In this document: piece by piece, positions 10,907-19,627 of the stretch | Position numbering within the stretch: position 1 is the stretch's first letter | How the letters are laid out: each line of letters begins with the position of its first letter | Assembly (NCBI GenBank): GCA_013387215.1 | Contig: WARW01000022.1 | Coordinates: 169,897 to 233,896 of the forward strand | Length of the DNA: 64,000 bases | From: Patescibacteria group bacterium | GTDB taxonomy: Bacteria; Patescibacteriota; Microgenomatia; UBA12405 | Direction: 5' to 3' | Notes under the pieces: model-generated | What the model was told of the DNA's origin: nothing | Databases searched by the model: none | What the model saw: the letters and a program-made list of their open reading frames with translations, nothing else | Program-made: the position numbers and the translations under genes

Positions 10907-10972
10907 TCCGTAAGGGCAGAATTGTTAAATCTTAATAAACTTTATGTTTATTATTTTTTATACTTTTCTGTC

Positions 10973-11028
10973 CTTTGGTCTATTGGTAAACCAATACTGA
11001 TGAGTCCGTTTTGAGGACGAAACCGAAG
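10973..11028 (+). ncRNA. Type III hammerhead ribozyme, copy 1; predicted cleavage after C10980
   Basis: CTTTGGT-C / stem I TATTGG-taaa-CCAATA / CTGATGA / stem II GTCC-gttttga-GGAC / GAA-ACCGAAG; full core with GUC site. Confidence 0.93.
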
Positions 11029-11113
11029 AGGTATAGTTTTTTGGGAAATTTGTGCTAAATTACATTAGTTGTAAACTAAAATGGTTATTAAAAATAGCTT
11101 TTAATAGTCATTA

Positions 11114-11200
11114 GCACTTTAAAAAAGGTTGAATTGTTGTGAAATGAGCTTGAGCTTGTTGTGGACAGTATTTTTACTGTTTAGAATGAGCTCAAGCTCA
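11114..11200 (+). promoter_or_regulatory. Cassette 2 leader: boxA-like GCACTTTAAAAA, 5' arm of long-range stem, conserved hairpin
   Basis: Arm AGGTTGAATTGTTG (11126-11139) pairs with TAGCAATTCAACCT (11631-11644); hairpin 11145-11200; upstream TGcTAAATT at 11053-11061. Confidence 0.65.
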
Positions 11201-11228
11201 AATTCTAAGAAGAAAGAAGGTGAGTTAA

Positions 11229-11633
11229 ATGAAAGGAAGGCGTTTTTTGGCTGCATTTTTGACTGTTTTAATTGTTTTTGTTTGTGTTTCAATACCTGCG
11301 TTTGCACATACTTGCAAACATGTAGACGTGAATATTGACAATTACCAATCAAACGGAGTTTATCAATCAACAGGGGTGGGTGTGACAAAAACAATAACGT
11401 TCTACGTTTGCCCAAACCAAATTGGCGTGCTTGGAGCCAATAAATATGGCGGCTACACTGATGGAGTTTACAAAACTTTTGGACCTGGATGGTACACAGA
11501 GACACTGACAGATGGTTTTGTGAATGTTGTAGACAAATCCGATGCCTGGAAAGAATGGACATACAGACTTAAAATGGCACGGGACCATAAGTGGGCAGCT
11601 AATCATCTTTTCACCAATGCGTTACCTAAGTAG
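11229..11633 (+). CDS. Secreted hypothetical protein, paralog of 10439-10906
   Basis: Signal peptide ending in AFA; GPGWYTETLTDGFVNVV..WTYRL..HKW aligns with the paralog. Confidence 0.85.
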   Translation: MKGRRFLAAFLTVLIVFVCVSIPAFAHTCKHVDVNIDNYQSNGVYQSTGVGVTKTITFYVCPNQIGVLGANKYGGYTDGVYKTFGPGWYTETLTDGFVNVVDKSDAWKEWTYRLKMARDHKWAANHLFTNALPK

Positions 11634-11697
11634 CAATTCAACCTATGGATAGGAAATTTTATTTATAAGCAATTGCTTATTTATATTATTTCTTATC

Positions 11698-11753
11698 CTT
11701 CGGTCTATTGGTAAACCAATACTGATGAGTCCGTTTTGAGGACGAAACCGAAG
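11698..11753 (+). ncRNA. Type III hammerhead ribozyme, copy 2; predicted cleavage after C11705
   Basis: Same 56 nt as copy 1 except one T>C change, giving a perfect stem III CTTCGGT/ACCGAAG. Confidence 0.94.
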
Positions 11754-11878
11754 TGTAAGAATTGTGTTTTTTGTGATGTATGTTATATAATTTAATTAGT
11801 TAGTAGTTGTCGCCAACAACTTTTAATGAGGTTTAAACCTTTTAATTTAGTTTAGGAAAAGGAGAAATTCTTGATACT

Positions 11879-12148
11879 ATGGCAAAAAAATTATTTGTAG
11901 GCAATCTCCCATTCGCAATGAATGATGATCAGCTAAGAGAAATCTTTGCCGCTTATGGCAATGTCGTCTCTGCAAATGTCGTTATCGACAGATATGCAAA
12001 TAGGAGTAAAGGATTCGGTTTCGTTGAATTCGAAAACGAAGAAGATGCTTCTAAAGCATTAGCTTCATTAAATGGAACTGAACAAATGGGCAGAAATATT
12101 GCTGTTAAAGAAGCTTTAGCAAAGCCCGAAAGACAAGATAATCAATAA
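11879..12148 (+). CDS. RRM (RNP-1) RNA-binding protein
   Basis: KLFVGNL (RNP2) and RSKGFGFVEF (RNP1). Confidence 0.95.
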   Translation: MAKKLFVGNLPFAMNDDQLREIFAAYGNVVSANVVIDRYANRSKGFGFVEFENEEDASKALASLNGTEQMGRNIAVKEALAKPERQDNQ

Positions 12149-12166
12149 ATTTTCGTGTCTTTTTAC

Positions 12167-12193
12167 ACCCTCCGATACTTTCGGAGGGTTTTT
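12167..12193 (+). terminator. Intrinsic terminator
   Basis: ACCCTCCGA-tactt-TCGGAGGGT followed by a T run. Confidence 0.8.
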
Positions 12194-12216
12194 GGTTTAA
12201 AATACACTATAAAGAT

Positions 12217-13554
12217 ATGATGAAATTAATCATTCCAGAAAAAATTAAGAAAATAATCGACGTGTTTCATAAAGCAAACGCTGAGATTTATGTTGTTGGC
12301 GGAGCTGTCCGAGATTTGATGCTGAACCGAGAAGTAAAAGATTGGGATTTTACAACCAATTTAACTCCAGAAGAAATGAAAAAATTATTTCCAAAAAATA
12401 GTTTTTGCAATAATATTTTTGGAACTTTTAGTATAGTTGATAAAAGTGGAGAAATTTTTGAAGTAACAACATTTAGAACTGAACAGGGATATTCTGATAA
12501 AAGGCACCCTGATGAAGTTAAATGGGGAAAAAGTTTGGAAGAAGATTTGCAAAGACGCGATTTTACAATCAACGCCATGGCTTTGGATGTACAAAACGAG
12601 GAAATAAAGATCATCGATTTGTATAACGGCCAAGAAGATTTAAATAATAAATTAATCCGAACTGTTGGTAATCCAGATGAAAGATTCAGCGAAGATGCTT
12701 TAAGAATGATGAGAGCAATTAGGATTGCTTCACAAATTGGATTTTTGATTGAAGAAAAAACTTTTGAATCAATTCAAAAAAATGCTGGCTTAATTAATCA
12801 AATTGCCAACGAAAGAATTAGGGATGAATTATTCAAAATTCTGATGTCTTCAGTCCCCTCTCAAGGAATAATTCTTTTAAAAAATTCAGGACTTTTGAAG
12901 GAAATAATGCCTGAGTTATTGGAAGGCTATGAAATGAAACAAAAAGGCCATCATATTGATGATGTCTGGACTCATAATTTGAAAGCACTTGATAATTGTT
13001 TAAGCAATAATCCAATTACACGATTAGCTTGTCTTTTGCATGATGTTGGCAAGCCATCAACGGCTGTTGGTGAAGGTGAAGCCCGAACATTCCACAACCA
13101 TGAAATTGTCGGATCAAGAATTGCTGTTCAAATCGGAAAAAGATTAAGGTTGTCTAATAAAGAACTTGATCAATTATTCAAACTGGTGAGATGGCATATG
13201 TTTACTACTGAGGAAACGCAGACTGATAAAGCAGTCAGAAGATTTATTAGAAACGTAACTCCTGAATATATTGATGAAATGATTATTTTAAGAAGAGCTG
13301 ACAGAATGGGCAGCGGTGCCAAAGAAACCAGCTGGAGATGGGAGCTTTTTAAAGAAAGAATTGTTGAAGTGCAAAAACAACCTTTTTCAATTAAGGATCT
13401 GAAAGTAAACGGAAAAGACGTAATGGAAATTTTAAAAATTGAACCGAGCCGAAAAGTGGGCGAAGTTTTGGAATCTATTTTTAAAGAGGTTGAAGAAAAA
13501 CCAGAATTAAATGAAAGAGAAATATTATTAAAAAAAATTGAGGAGTACAAATAA
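12217..13554 (+). CDS. cca: CCA tRNA nucleotidyltransferase with HD domain
   Basis: VVGGAVRD, DWD, RRDFTINAMA, RFSEDALRMMRAIR, LLHDVGKP. Confidence 0.92.
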   Translation: MMKLIIPEKIKKIIDVFHKANAEIYVVGGAVRDLMLNREVKDWDFTTNLTPEEMKKLFPKNSFCNNIFGTFSIVDKSGEIFEVTTFRTEQGYSDKRHPDEVKWGKSLEEDLQRRDFTINAMALDVQNEEIKIIDLYNGQEDLNNKLIRTVGNPDERFSEDALRMMRAIRIASQIGFLIEEKTFESIQKNAGLINQIANERIRDELFKILMSSVPSQGIILLKNSGLLKEIMPELLEGYEMKQKGHHIDDVWTHNLKALDNCLSNNPITRLACLLHDVGKPSTAVGEGEARTFHNHEIVGSRIAVQIGKRLRLSNKELDQLFKLVRWHMFTTEETQTDKAVRRFIRNVTPEYIDEMIILRRADRMGSGAKETSWRWELFKERIVEVQKQPFSIKDLKVNGKDVMEILKIEPSRKVGEVLESIFKEVEEKPELNEREILLKKIEEYK

Positions 13555-13556
13555 AA

Positions 13557-13718
13557 ATGGCAATTGAAAAAATCAGTCCAGTTTTTCCTATTTATCAGTC
13601 TCAAAACAGAAAGGAACCTCAAACTTCCGATCAGCAACCTAATAAAAAACAAAAAGAGAAAGGTGATTTTAAGGACGAAATAGAAAAGGCACTAAGTAAG
13701 TTTGATGTAAAAATCTAG
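13557..13718 (+). CDS. Small hypothetical protein (53 aa, MAIEKISPVF...), not in the ORF track
   Basis: Open frame ATG13557-TAG13718 directly after cca; GAGGAG upstream. Confidence 0.4.
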   Translation: MAIEKISPVFPIYQSQNRKEPQTSDQQPNKKQKEKGDFKDEIEKALSKFDVKI

Positions 13719-13804
13719 TTGCTTGTAAACTATTTTTTTGGTATATTTCCGTAAAATCAATTATATTGCCAGCAATATATTTTTTGGTTCTTTAAAATCT
13801 AGAG
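13719..13804 (+). promoter_or_regulatory. Cassette 3 promoter, hairpin and boxA-like GTTCTTTAAAAT
   Basis: TTGCTT-17-TATATT with TG extension; boxA-like at 13787-13798; TCTAGAG (13798-13804) complements CTCTAGA over the stop codon (14468-14474). Confidence 0.55.
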
Positions 13805-13864
13805 AAAGGAGTTTTTATACAAATGAATTTCTGATTTGTATATAAATTGAAAGGAGTCGGTGTT

Positions 13865-14473
13865 ATGGGTAAGTTTTTTAGGCCAATCCAAGGAACTAGA
13901 GTGTACGACAGGAAGTATTTTGAGATTCTGATCGGATTGTTTACCGCGGTTTCACTGTTTATTTGTTTTGCAATGAGCCAATGGTTCAAAAATGATGACA
14001 AGACTGTATGTATTGCAGTTGCCGCAATTTATTTGATTTGCGGAGTTATGGTGTTTGCAAATGCTAAAAAAACTGAATATACGATTATTGGTATGGCATT
14101 AATAATTGCCAGTGCCGGACTTGTGATAAATGTGTTTATTAAGAAGCCGTTTGAGTTTATTGATAAAGCGATAGCTGCGATCGTTGTTTTTAGTGTTGTG
14201 AGCTATTTGTTAACATGCGTATTTAAAATAAAGATACTGTTTTATTGGATTATATATTCGTTATGTTGGGCAACAATTTTGGTTCTATGGTTTAATTTCG
14301 CATTGTATTGGATTCTGATTTTAGCAGTAATTTGTTTTGCGGATATTGTAATATGGTCAAGATCAAGCAAATCATATCCAATAATAAAAAACGTTTTAAA
14401 TAGCGGCCTCTCGTTGTTCACAGTTTCACTGATTGCGTATTTTATCCTCAATTTGGGACTCTCAATCCTCTAG
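13865..14473 (+). CDS. Polytopic membrane protein, possibly a divergent Bax-inhibitor-1/YccA-like protein
   Basis: AAGGAG upstream of ATG13865; about 7 hydrophobic segments; family call is weak. Confidence 0.6.
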   Translation: MGKFFRPIQGTRVYDRKYFEILIGLFTAVSLFICFAMSQWFKNDDKTVCIAVAAIYLICGVMVFANAKKTEYTIIGMALIIASAGLVINVFIKKPFEFIDKAIAAIVVFSVVSYLLTCVFKIKILFYWIIYSLCWATILVLWFNFALYWILILAVICFADIVIWSRSSKSYPIIKNVLNSGLSLFTVSLIAYFILNLGLSIL

Positions 14474-14487
14474 AATAATTTGTTTTT

Positions 14488-14542
14488 GACCCTTGAATTT
14501 ATAGCCAGTTTTTTGGTTATTTTTGACAAGGGTCTTTTTTTT
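14488..14542 (+). terminator. Intrinsic terminator
   Basis: GACCCTTG...CAAGGGTC followed by T8. Confidence 0.7.
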
Positions 14543-15416
14543 ATTTCTTTTTAGGACGATTTTGAAGCTTTTTCCAAATCAATACCAAAGGAATAGCAAC
14601 ACCGGTTGAGGAATAAGTTCCGCAGGTATAACCGATCAATAAGGCCATAGCAAACCAGCGAGTGGTGTTACCACCAAGAATTACTAAGGCTAAAAGCATG
14701 ATAATAACAGTCATAGAAGTGTTTATGGTTCTATTTAAAACTTCGGTAACAGCTTGATTGGCCAGATCTACCCATTGGAATTTAAAGTTCTGACGTTTTA
14801 ATTCACGAATACGATCAAAAGTAATGACAGTATCGTGAACGGAAGCTGAGAGAGTGGTTAAAAGTGCGGTCACAAATAATGAGTCAAGTTCAGCTCCAAA
14901 AAAATGACCTAGAATTGAAAAGCTTCCAATTAATATGATCGCATCATGGAACATGGCTAGAACTGCTGAGGTGCCAAAGGTGAAATCGTGGAAACGAAGT
15001 CCAATAAAAACTAAAAGCGAAATAGCTGATAATATTACGGCAGCAATGGTTTTAGTTAACAATTCTTTTCCAAGACTTGGACCAAGAGTTTCGAATTTCA
15101 TTTCTTTTGCATCTTTATCCAAAGTTTTGAGTGACTGATCAAGTTTATTTTTTTGTTCTTGATTAATATTGGCAAACTTTAAAGAATATTGATTATTACC
15201 AAGCGGAGCAGTTGAAATAAGATCAATTTTATTTTCTTCAAATATTTTTTTGAATTGATCCTGATTTTTTACTCCTGGAGCATTAACCTGCCAAACAGTA
15301 CCGCCGGCAAAATCAATTGATGGTTTGAAACCCCAAAATACAATCGAGAAAATAGAAAAAAGAATTAAAGTAATAGAAATAAAATAAAACAATGGACGAA
15401 ATTTCATTATGTTCAT
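14541..15416 (-). CDS. secF: Protein translocase subunit SecF
   Basis: SIDFAGGT, GPSLGKEL, HDAII, SVHDTVITFDRIRE, RTINTS. Confidence 0.95.
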   Translation of the reverse strand: MNIMKFRPLFYFISITLILFSIFSIVFWGFKPSIDFAGGTVWQVNAPGVKNQDQFKKIFEENKIDLISTAPLGNNQYSLKFANINQEQKNKLDQSLKTLDKDAKEMKFETLGPSLGKELLTKTIAAVILSAISLLVFIGLRFHDFTFGTSAVLAMFHDAIILIGSFSILGHFFGAELDSLFVTALLTTLSASVHDTVITFDRIRELKRQNFKFQWVDLANQAVTEVLNRTINTSMTVIIMLLALVILGGNTTRWFAMALLIGYTCGTYSSTGVAIPLVLIWKKLQNRPKKK

Positions 15417-15418
15417 AG

Positions 15419-16816
15419 TTATGCCTTTTTTACATCAAAATTAATATCTTTATTTGTTTTTGCTAAAACGCGGAGCAAGTTTCTGGTGACAAAGACACCA
15501 GTGAAAATACCGAGAAGAATTCCGAGAACTAGAGTTATTGCAAATCCTCGAACCATACCAGAAGTGTTTAAAAACGACCAGTTAAATGGATTAAATAAAA
15601 TTAGACCAGTGATAATAGTACAGGCATTAGCATCTTTGATGGAACTCCAAGCGTGAGTGAAACCAAGCTCCATAGCGATATTCCAAGGTTTCCCTTTTCT
15701 TAATTCTTCCCGCATCCGTTCAAAAATTAAGATATTACTATCGACGGCCATACCGACTGATAAAATAAATCCTACGATACCTGGGAAAGTTAAAGTAACA
15801 GGAATTAAGCGATATAAACTTAAGGTAATTAAACCGTATATTAAAAGTCCGATGTCAGCAATTAAGCCTAATTTTCCGTAATTTCCAACCATAAAGAGTG
15901 AAATAAGAATTAGACCGACAACACCAGCGAAAATACCTTTATTAATTGAATCTTTTCCAAGAGTGGCGCCAATCTGAGTTTGTTGGATCAACTTAATTGG
16001 AAGCGGAAGAGCACCTGCATTTAATTGTGCCGATAAAGCTTTAGCAGTTTTAGCATCGAAACTTCCATTAATGACCGCACGGCCATCTGTGATAACCACA
16101 CCGACTGTTGGATAGGTAATTATTTGGTCATCCAAAAAAATACCGATTCTTTTGTTTAAGAAATCTTTTGTTGCTTTCTCGAATAATTTTGTACCTTTTT
16201 CATCAAATTCCAAGGCAACTTCCGGTTCACCATTATTAGGATTAATTTCAACTTGAGATTTGACTAAGTTCGAACCATTGATTCCCGTATCAAATGGAAA
16301 TGCTTCTTTAAAAGTTGCGGATGCAGTGGAACTGGTTACTTTTTGATCTTCACCACGAAAACTTAGCTGAGCGGTTTGACCCAGTAAAGAAATAGCATCG
16401 GAAACATTTTCTACGCCTGGCAATTCAACAATCATTCGGTTTTGTCCGCCTTGGTTTGAGAGTTGAATATTGGCTTCACTAACACCAAAAAGATTAACTC
16501 TTCTTTCGATGTTACCTTTCAAAGCATCCAAAGCTGAAGGAAGATCTTCTTTTTTAACTTTTGTCGTATCGATGTCATATGAAAGTTCAGCACCACCAGC
16601 CAAATCTAATCCGTACTTTAGATTCAAATCTTTCGTAATAGTGTTAGAACCAATTTTATAGTTGAACTGAGGACGATATAAAGTGTGTTCCCAATTTATT
16701 TTGCCGAAATGAATTTTAATTGGCAAAGTTGTTGGCATGTTTATAACTAAACAGACTAGAGTAATGCCCATGATAGTCCAAAAGATTTTCATGGTTCGGC
16801 TTTTGATTTGAGACAT
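15419..16816 (-). CDS. secD: Protein translocase subunit SecD
   Basis: GLDLAGG, RRVNLFGVSE, AGALPLP, GATLG, GMAVDSNILIFERMREE. Confidence 0.96.
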   Translation of the reverse strand: MSQIKSRTMKIFWTIMGITLVCLVINMPTTLPIKIHFGKINWEHTLYRPQFNYKIGSNTITKDLNLKYGLDLAGGAELSYDIDTTKVKKEDLPSALDALKGNIERRVNLFGVSEANIQLSNQGGQNRMIVELPGVENVSDAISLLGQTAQLSFRGEDQKVTSSTASATFKEAFPFDTGINGSNLVKSQVEINPNNGEPEVALEFDEKGTKLFEKATKDFLNKRIGIFLDDQIITYPTVGVVITDGRAVINGSFDAKTAKALSAQLNAGALPLPIKLIQQTQIGATLGKDSINKGIFAGVVGLILISLFMVGNYGKLGLIADIGLLIYGLITLSLYRLIPVTLTFPGIVGFILSVGMAVDSNILIFERMREELRKGKPWNIAMELGFTHAWSSIKDANACTIITGLILFNPFNWSFLNTSGMVRGFAITLVLGILLGIFTGVFVTRNLLRVLAKTNKDINFDVKKA

Positions 16817-16820
16817 AATT

Positions 16821-17009
16821 TTATTTTTGACTAATTAAAGACAACTGGCGAGGGTGACCAGAAAATATATAAGTAACTGTTGCTTTCGTTTTATTTATTT
16901 TTAATTGAACCAAATCCCCTTCTTTAATATTAAAGTCTTTTATAGATTTTGAAGGTATTGTTAGGGCTAGGCTGTTTCCTGTTTTGATTACTTTTCTTGG
17001 AGCACTCAT
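16821..17009 (-). CDS. AbrB/MazE/SpoVT-family DNA-binding protein
   Basis: RKVIKTGNSLALTIPS..IKEGDLV. Confidence 0.8.
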   Translation of the reverse strand: MSAPRKVIKTGNSLALTIPSKSIKDFNIKEGDLVQLKINKTKATVTYIFSGHPRQLSLISQK

Positions 17010-17603
17010 TTATAGATTGGAAATATCTTCCGGATTACCAATTATAACAACTGGACTATTTAGAAAAAATTCAACGATAAATTGATCGCGTTTTTGTTTG
17101 CGTAACTGAAATTCATTTTTGTCCATAATCATGTAGTTGATTTCATGACCGCGAGTTTCTTCTTCTTGCTTAATATTATTTTCGATTTCTTTATAGGAAA
17201 CATCGCCAACAATTATCAAATCAATATCATCTTCAGTCTTTTTTTCGTTAGTTATAAATTTGTAGCTATAGATCAAAAGTTTAATTTGACCTAGACTTTC
17301 ATTTTTATTGTGCAATTTAAAACCTAATCCAGTTGACTTGTTAGCAATCGATACTAATTCAGGAAATAAACATGAACGTTTGTTTGCCCAATAATAAAGA
17401 CGATTGCCGCGCCACTCGGATTCGATAATGTCAGCTTTTTTAAGATTATCCAGCTCACGTCGGACTGAGTTAATTTCTTCGTCTAGTAATCTGACTAACT
17501 GACGAACATAATAAATTTCTTTTGGGAAATAAAAGAGAGTATTTATTAGCTTTAGTCTGGTTTGAGAGATAAAAAGATGTTTAAGACTGGACTGCACCTT
17601 CAT
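17010..17603 (-). CDS. Winged-HTH protein with degenerate nucleotidyltransferase-like C-domain
   Basis: YVRQLVRLLDEEINSVRRELDNL HTH; DIDLIIVG..EINY. Confidence 0.7.
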   Translation of the reverse strand: MKVQSSLKHLFISQTRLKLINTLFYFPKEIYYVRQLVRLLDEEINSVRRELDNLKKADIIESEWRGNRLYYWANKRSCLFPELVSIANKSTGLGFKLHNKNESLGQIKLLIYSYKFITNEKKTEDDIDLIIVGDVSYKEIENNIKQEEETRGHEINYMIMDKNEFQLRKQKRDQFIVEFFLNSPVVIIGNPEDISNL

Positions 17604-18840
17604 AGCTTACTTTTGAACCTATAGGTATAATTTCAACCCAGATTTGTCCAGGTACAAAATTAATTTCTTTGCCAGCACTGTCTTTGTAGATAGTTCGAGA
17701 AAGACGATTTGCCTTAGACCAGGTAATTTCTGTTTTCTCTCCATTTTGGAAAAGAATTCCTGTACCAGTTCCAGTTACACCATAAAGATTGTGTAAATGT
17801 TCATCAACTGATCGAGTTTCTTTGGCATATTCAACAACAATATTTTTAGTGGTAATTTGGGCACCGGTATTGAAATCGATGTGTGGTTTGCCAGCGTTGG
17901 TTCGAGCATAAGTGTTGGTAGTTTTATCGTATTTCCAAGAAACTGAGTAATAGGTGTCACCCGGCCAAAAATCCATAGAGATAGTTGCGGCGGTTGTATT
18001 TGCACTGGCTTGATCAGCTTGCTTAAAGCTCCATGGCCGGAAGCTTTTATCCCAAGATGAGTTTGTTTTAGCAGTGACATTTGTTAAACCTCTTTGAGCA
18101 GCGACATTGTAAAGTTCATTTGTTGAACAATACATTGTGTGTTCTGTGGCTTTTTCAGTGCCAGTTCGATCTGGTTCACGTCGACAAGCTTTATAGCCTA
18201 AAGAAAATTGATTCATATCGCCCCAAGTGCCATCAGTATTCCAACCGTAAGAGGCAATTTGCTCTAGAGCTTGAGCTCTCTTATCGGTGGTACAAGGGCC
18301 AGTATAATGAGTTGAAGCATTTTCAGCACCACTACAATTAGCACCTCCAACGTGGTTATAGAGAGGATAATCGGCATATTCTGAGGCTAGATCAACATAA
18401 TAAGTTCTGGCAGATCGGACAGGACCAACATCATATTGATTTGGAGTTCCTTTAACGATATTACAATAAAAAACACCCATAAATCGGGTAATTCCACCTT
18501 CGGCAACTGCTTCGTAAACAACATCTGCACTTTGAAGACCTGATTGGGGACGAGAATCGCTGTGATTTTCGATCATAACAAGCAATGGACGTCTTTGAGA
18601 CCAAATATTTTTTTCTTCTTTAGTGAACATCTGACCATTCATTGGACACATTTCAGTTTTAGGGCCCGTAAAGTTAATGACACCAGGAGTAGTTTTAGTA
18701 GAAGCTGTAGTATTAGTTGTTTCTGAAGAAATTGATTTTGATTTCACTGGTAAAAATTTATCAAAGGCAAAATAAGAAACACCTGTTAATAATAAGAACA
18801 AGCCTAGATAGACAGGTATTTTAATTGTGTTGTTATTCAT
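17581..18840 (-). CDS. DUF3048 (YerB-like) membrane-anchored protein
   Basis: RPLLVMIEN..SRPQSGL..ADVVYE..AEGGITRF; GPVRSAR. Confidence 0.9.
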   Translation of the reverse strand: MNNNTIKIPVYLGLFLLLTGVSYFAFDKFLPVKSKSISSETTNTTASTKTTPGVINFTGPKTEMCPMNGQMFTKEEKNIWSQRRPLLVMIENHSDSRPQSGLQSADVVYEAVAEGGITRFMGVFYCNIVKGTPNQYDVGPVRSARTYYVDLASEYADYPLYNHVGGANCSGAENASTHYTGPCTTDKRAQALEQIASYGWNTDGTWGDMNQFSLGYKACRREPDRTGTEKATEHTMYCSTNELYNVAAQRGLTNVTAKTNSSWDKSFRPWSFKQADQASANTTAATISMDFWPGDTYYSVSWKYDKTTNTYARTNAGKPHIDFNTGAQITTKNIVVEYAKETRSVDEHLHNLYGVTGTGTGILFQNGEKTEITWSKANRLSRTIYKDSAGKEINFVPGQIWVEIIPIGSKVSYEGAVQS

Positions 18841-18847
18841 TTAAATT

Positions 18848-19198
18848 TTAACTTTTAATAGTTTTTACTATAGCCAATTTTTCTTCCTTTGATAAGGTGA
18901 TGTTATCTCCTTCTCCGTTTTTTAGAGGTTTGGCATAGACGCGGGTAAAATCGCGACTATGTAATGAAGTAATGATAACACCAGAATTATTACTGTCCAA
19001 TATACAGAGAATAAAGCTCTGATCGCCCCCAACATCTTCAAATGGATTGAACCGTGTTACAGTTATGCGTAGATTGTTATCTTTTGTTGCTAAAGTTGCT
19101 GGTTTATTTTTATGACTATTTCTCTTATAAACTAAGTAGGTTAGATAGCTAAGCCAAATTAGATTACAAATTGTTAGCAAATATATTAAGTAAGACAT
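18848..19198 (-). CDS. DUF4446 family protein
   Basis: RFNPFEDVGGDQSF..LD..G..ITSLHSR..RVYAKP..LSKEE. Confidence 0.88.
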   Translation of the reverse strand: MSYLIYLLTICNLIWLSYLTYLVYKRNSHKNKPATLATKDNNLRITVTRFNPFEDVGGDQSFILCILDSNNSGVIITSLHSRDFTRVYAKPLKNGEGDNITLSKEEKLAIVKTIKS

Positions 19199-19391
19199 TA
19201 CTTAATTATTGTAACAAACCAGCGTGCTATACTGGCCTTGTAAAATGAAAGAGATAAATTACATAAAAAAAGATTTACTTAAAAGTATACTTTTAAGTAT
19301 GTTTTCTATTATAGTGATAGTTGCGGTATATTATTTTCAGACCAAATTTAACCATTAATTTTTATTAATTATTTAAGGGGGTGAATTTTTA

Positions 19392-19568
19392 ATGCCAACT
19401 ATTAAATTTTATTCAGTCAAATCAAGAAAGACTGTCGAAGTCGACGTCTCAAAAGTTAAAAAAGTAACTTTAAAGAACGGCCGACCAGCAGCAGAAACCA
19501 TCGATCCAGAAACAGGTACAAAAATGTTCAAAATCCTTTCTGCAGCTGACGCAGCTTTATTGAAATAA
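19392..19568 (+). CDS. Small basic DUF5679-like protein lacking the Cys ligands (58 aa), not in the ORF track
   Basis: MPTIKFYSVKSRKTVEV..VTLKNGRPAA..DPETGTKMFKI; GGGGG SD; own terminator. Confidence 0.8.
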   Translation: MPTIKFYSVKSRKTVEVDVSKVKKVTLKNGRPAAETIDPETGTKMFKILSAADAALLK

Positions 19569-19582
19569 AAAATTTTGATAAT

Positions 19583-19616
19583 AAAAATACACGGCCTTCG
19601 GGCCGTGTTTTTTTTG
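19583..19616 (+). terminator. Intrinsic terminator
   Basis: ACACGGCC-ttcg-GGCCGTGT followed by a T run. Confidence 0.85.
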
Positions 19617-19627
19617 GTAAAATACAC

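Noticed and set aside
16821-17603. Toxin-antitoxin pair
   Set aside because: The AbrB-like gene has no adjacent toxin; the HTH-NTase-like gene has a degenerate motif and sits in the secD operon
19409-19627. 72-aa minus-strand ORF
   Set aside because: Antisense shadow of the DUF5679-like gene and its terminator
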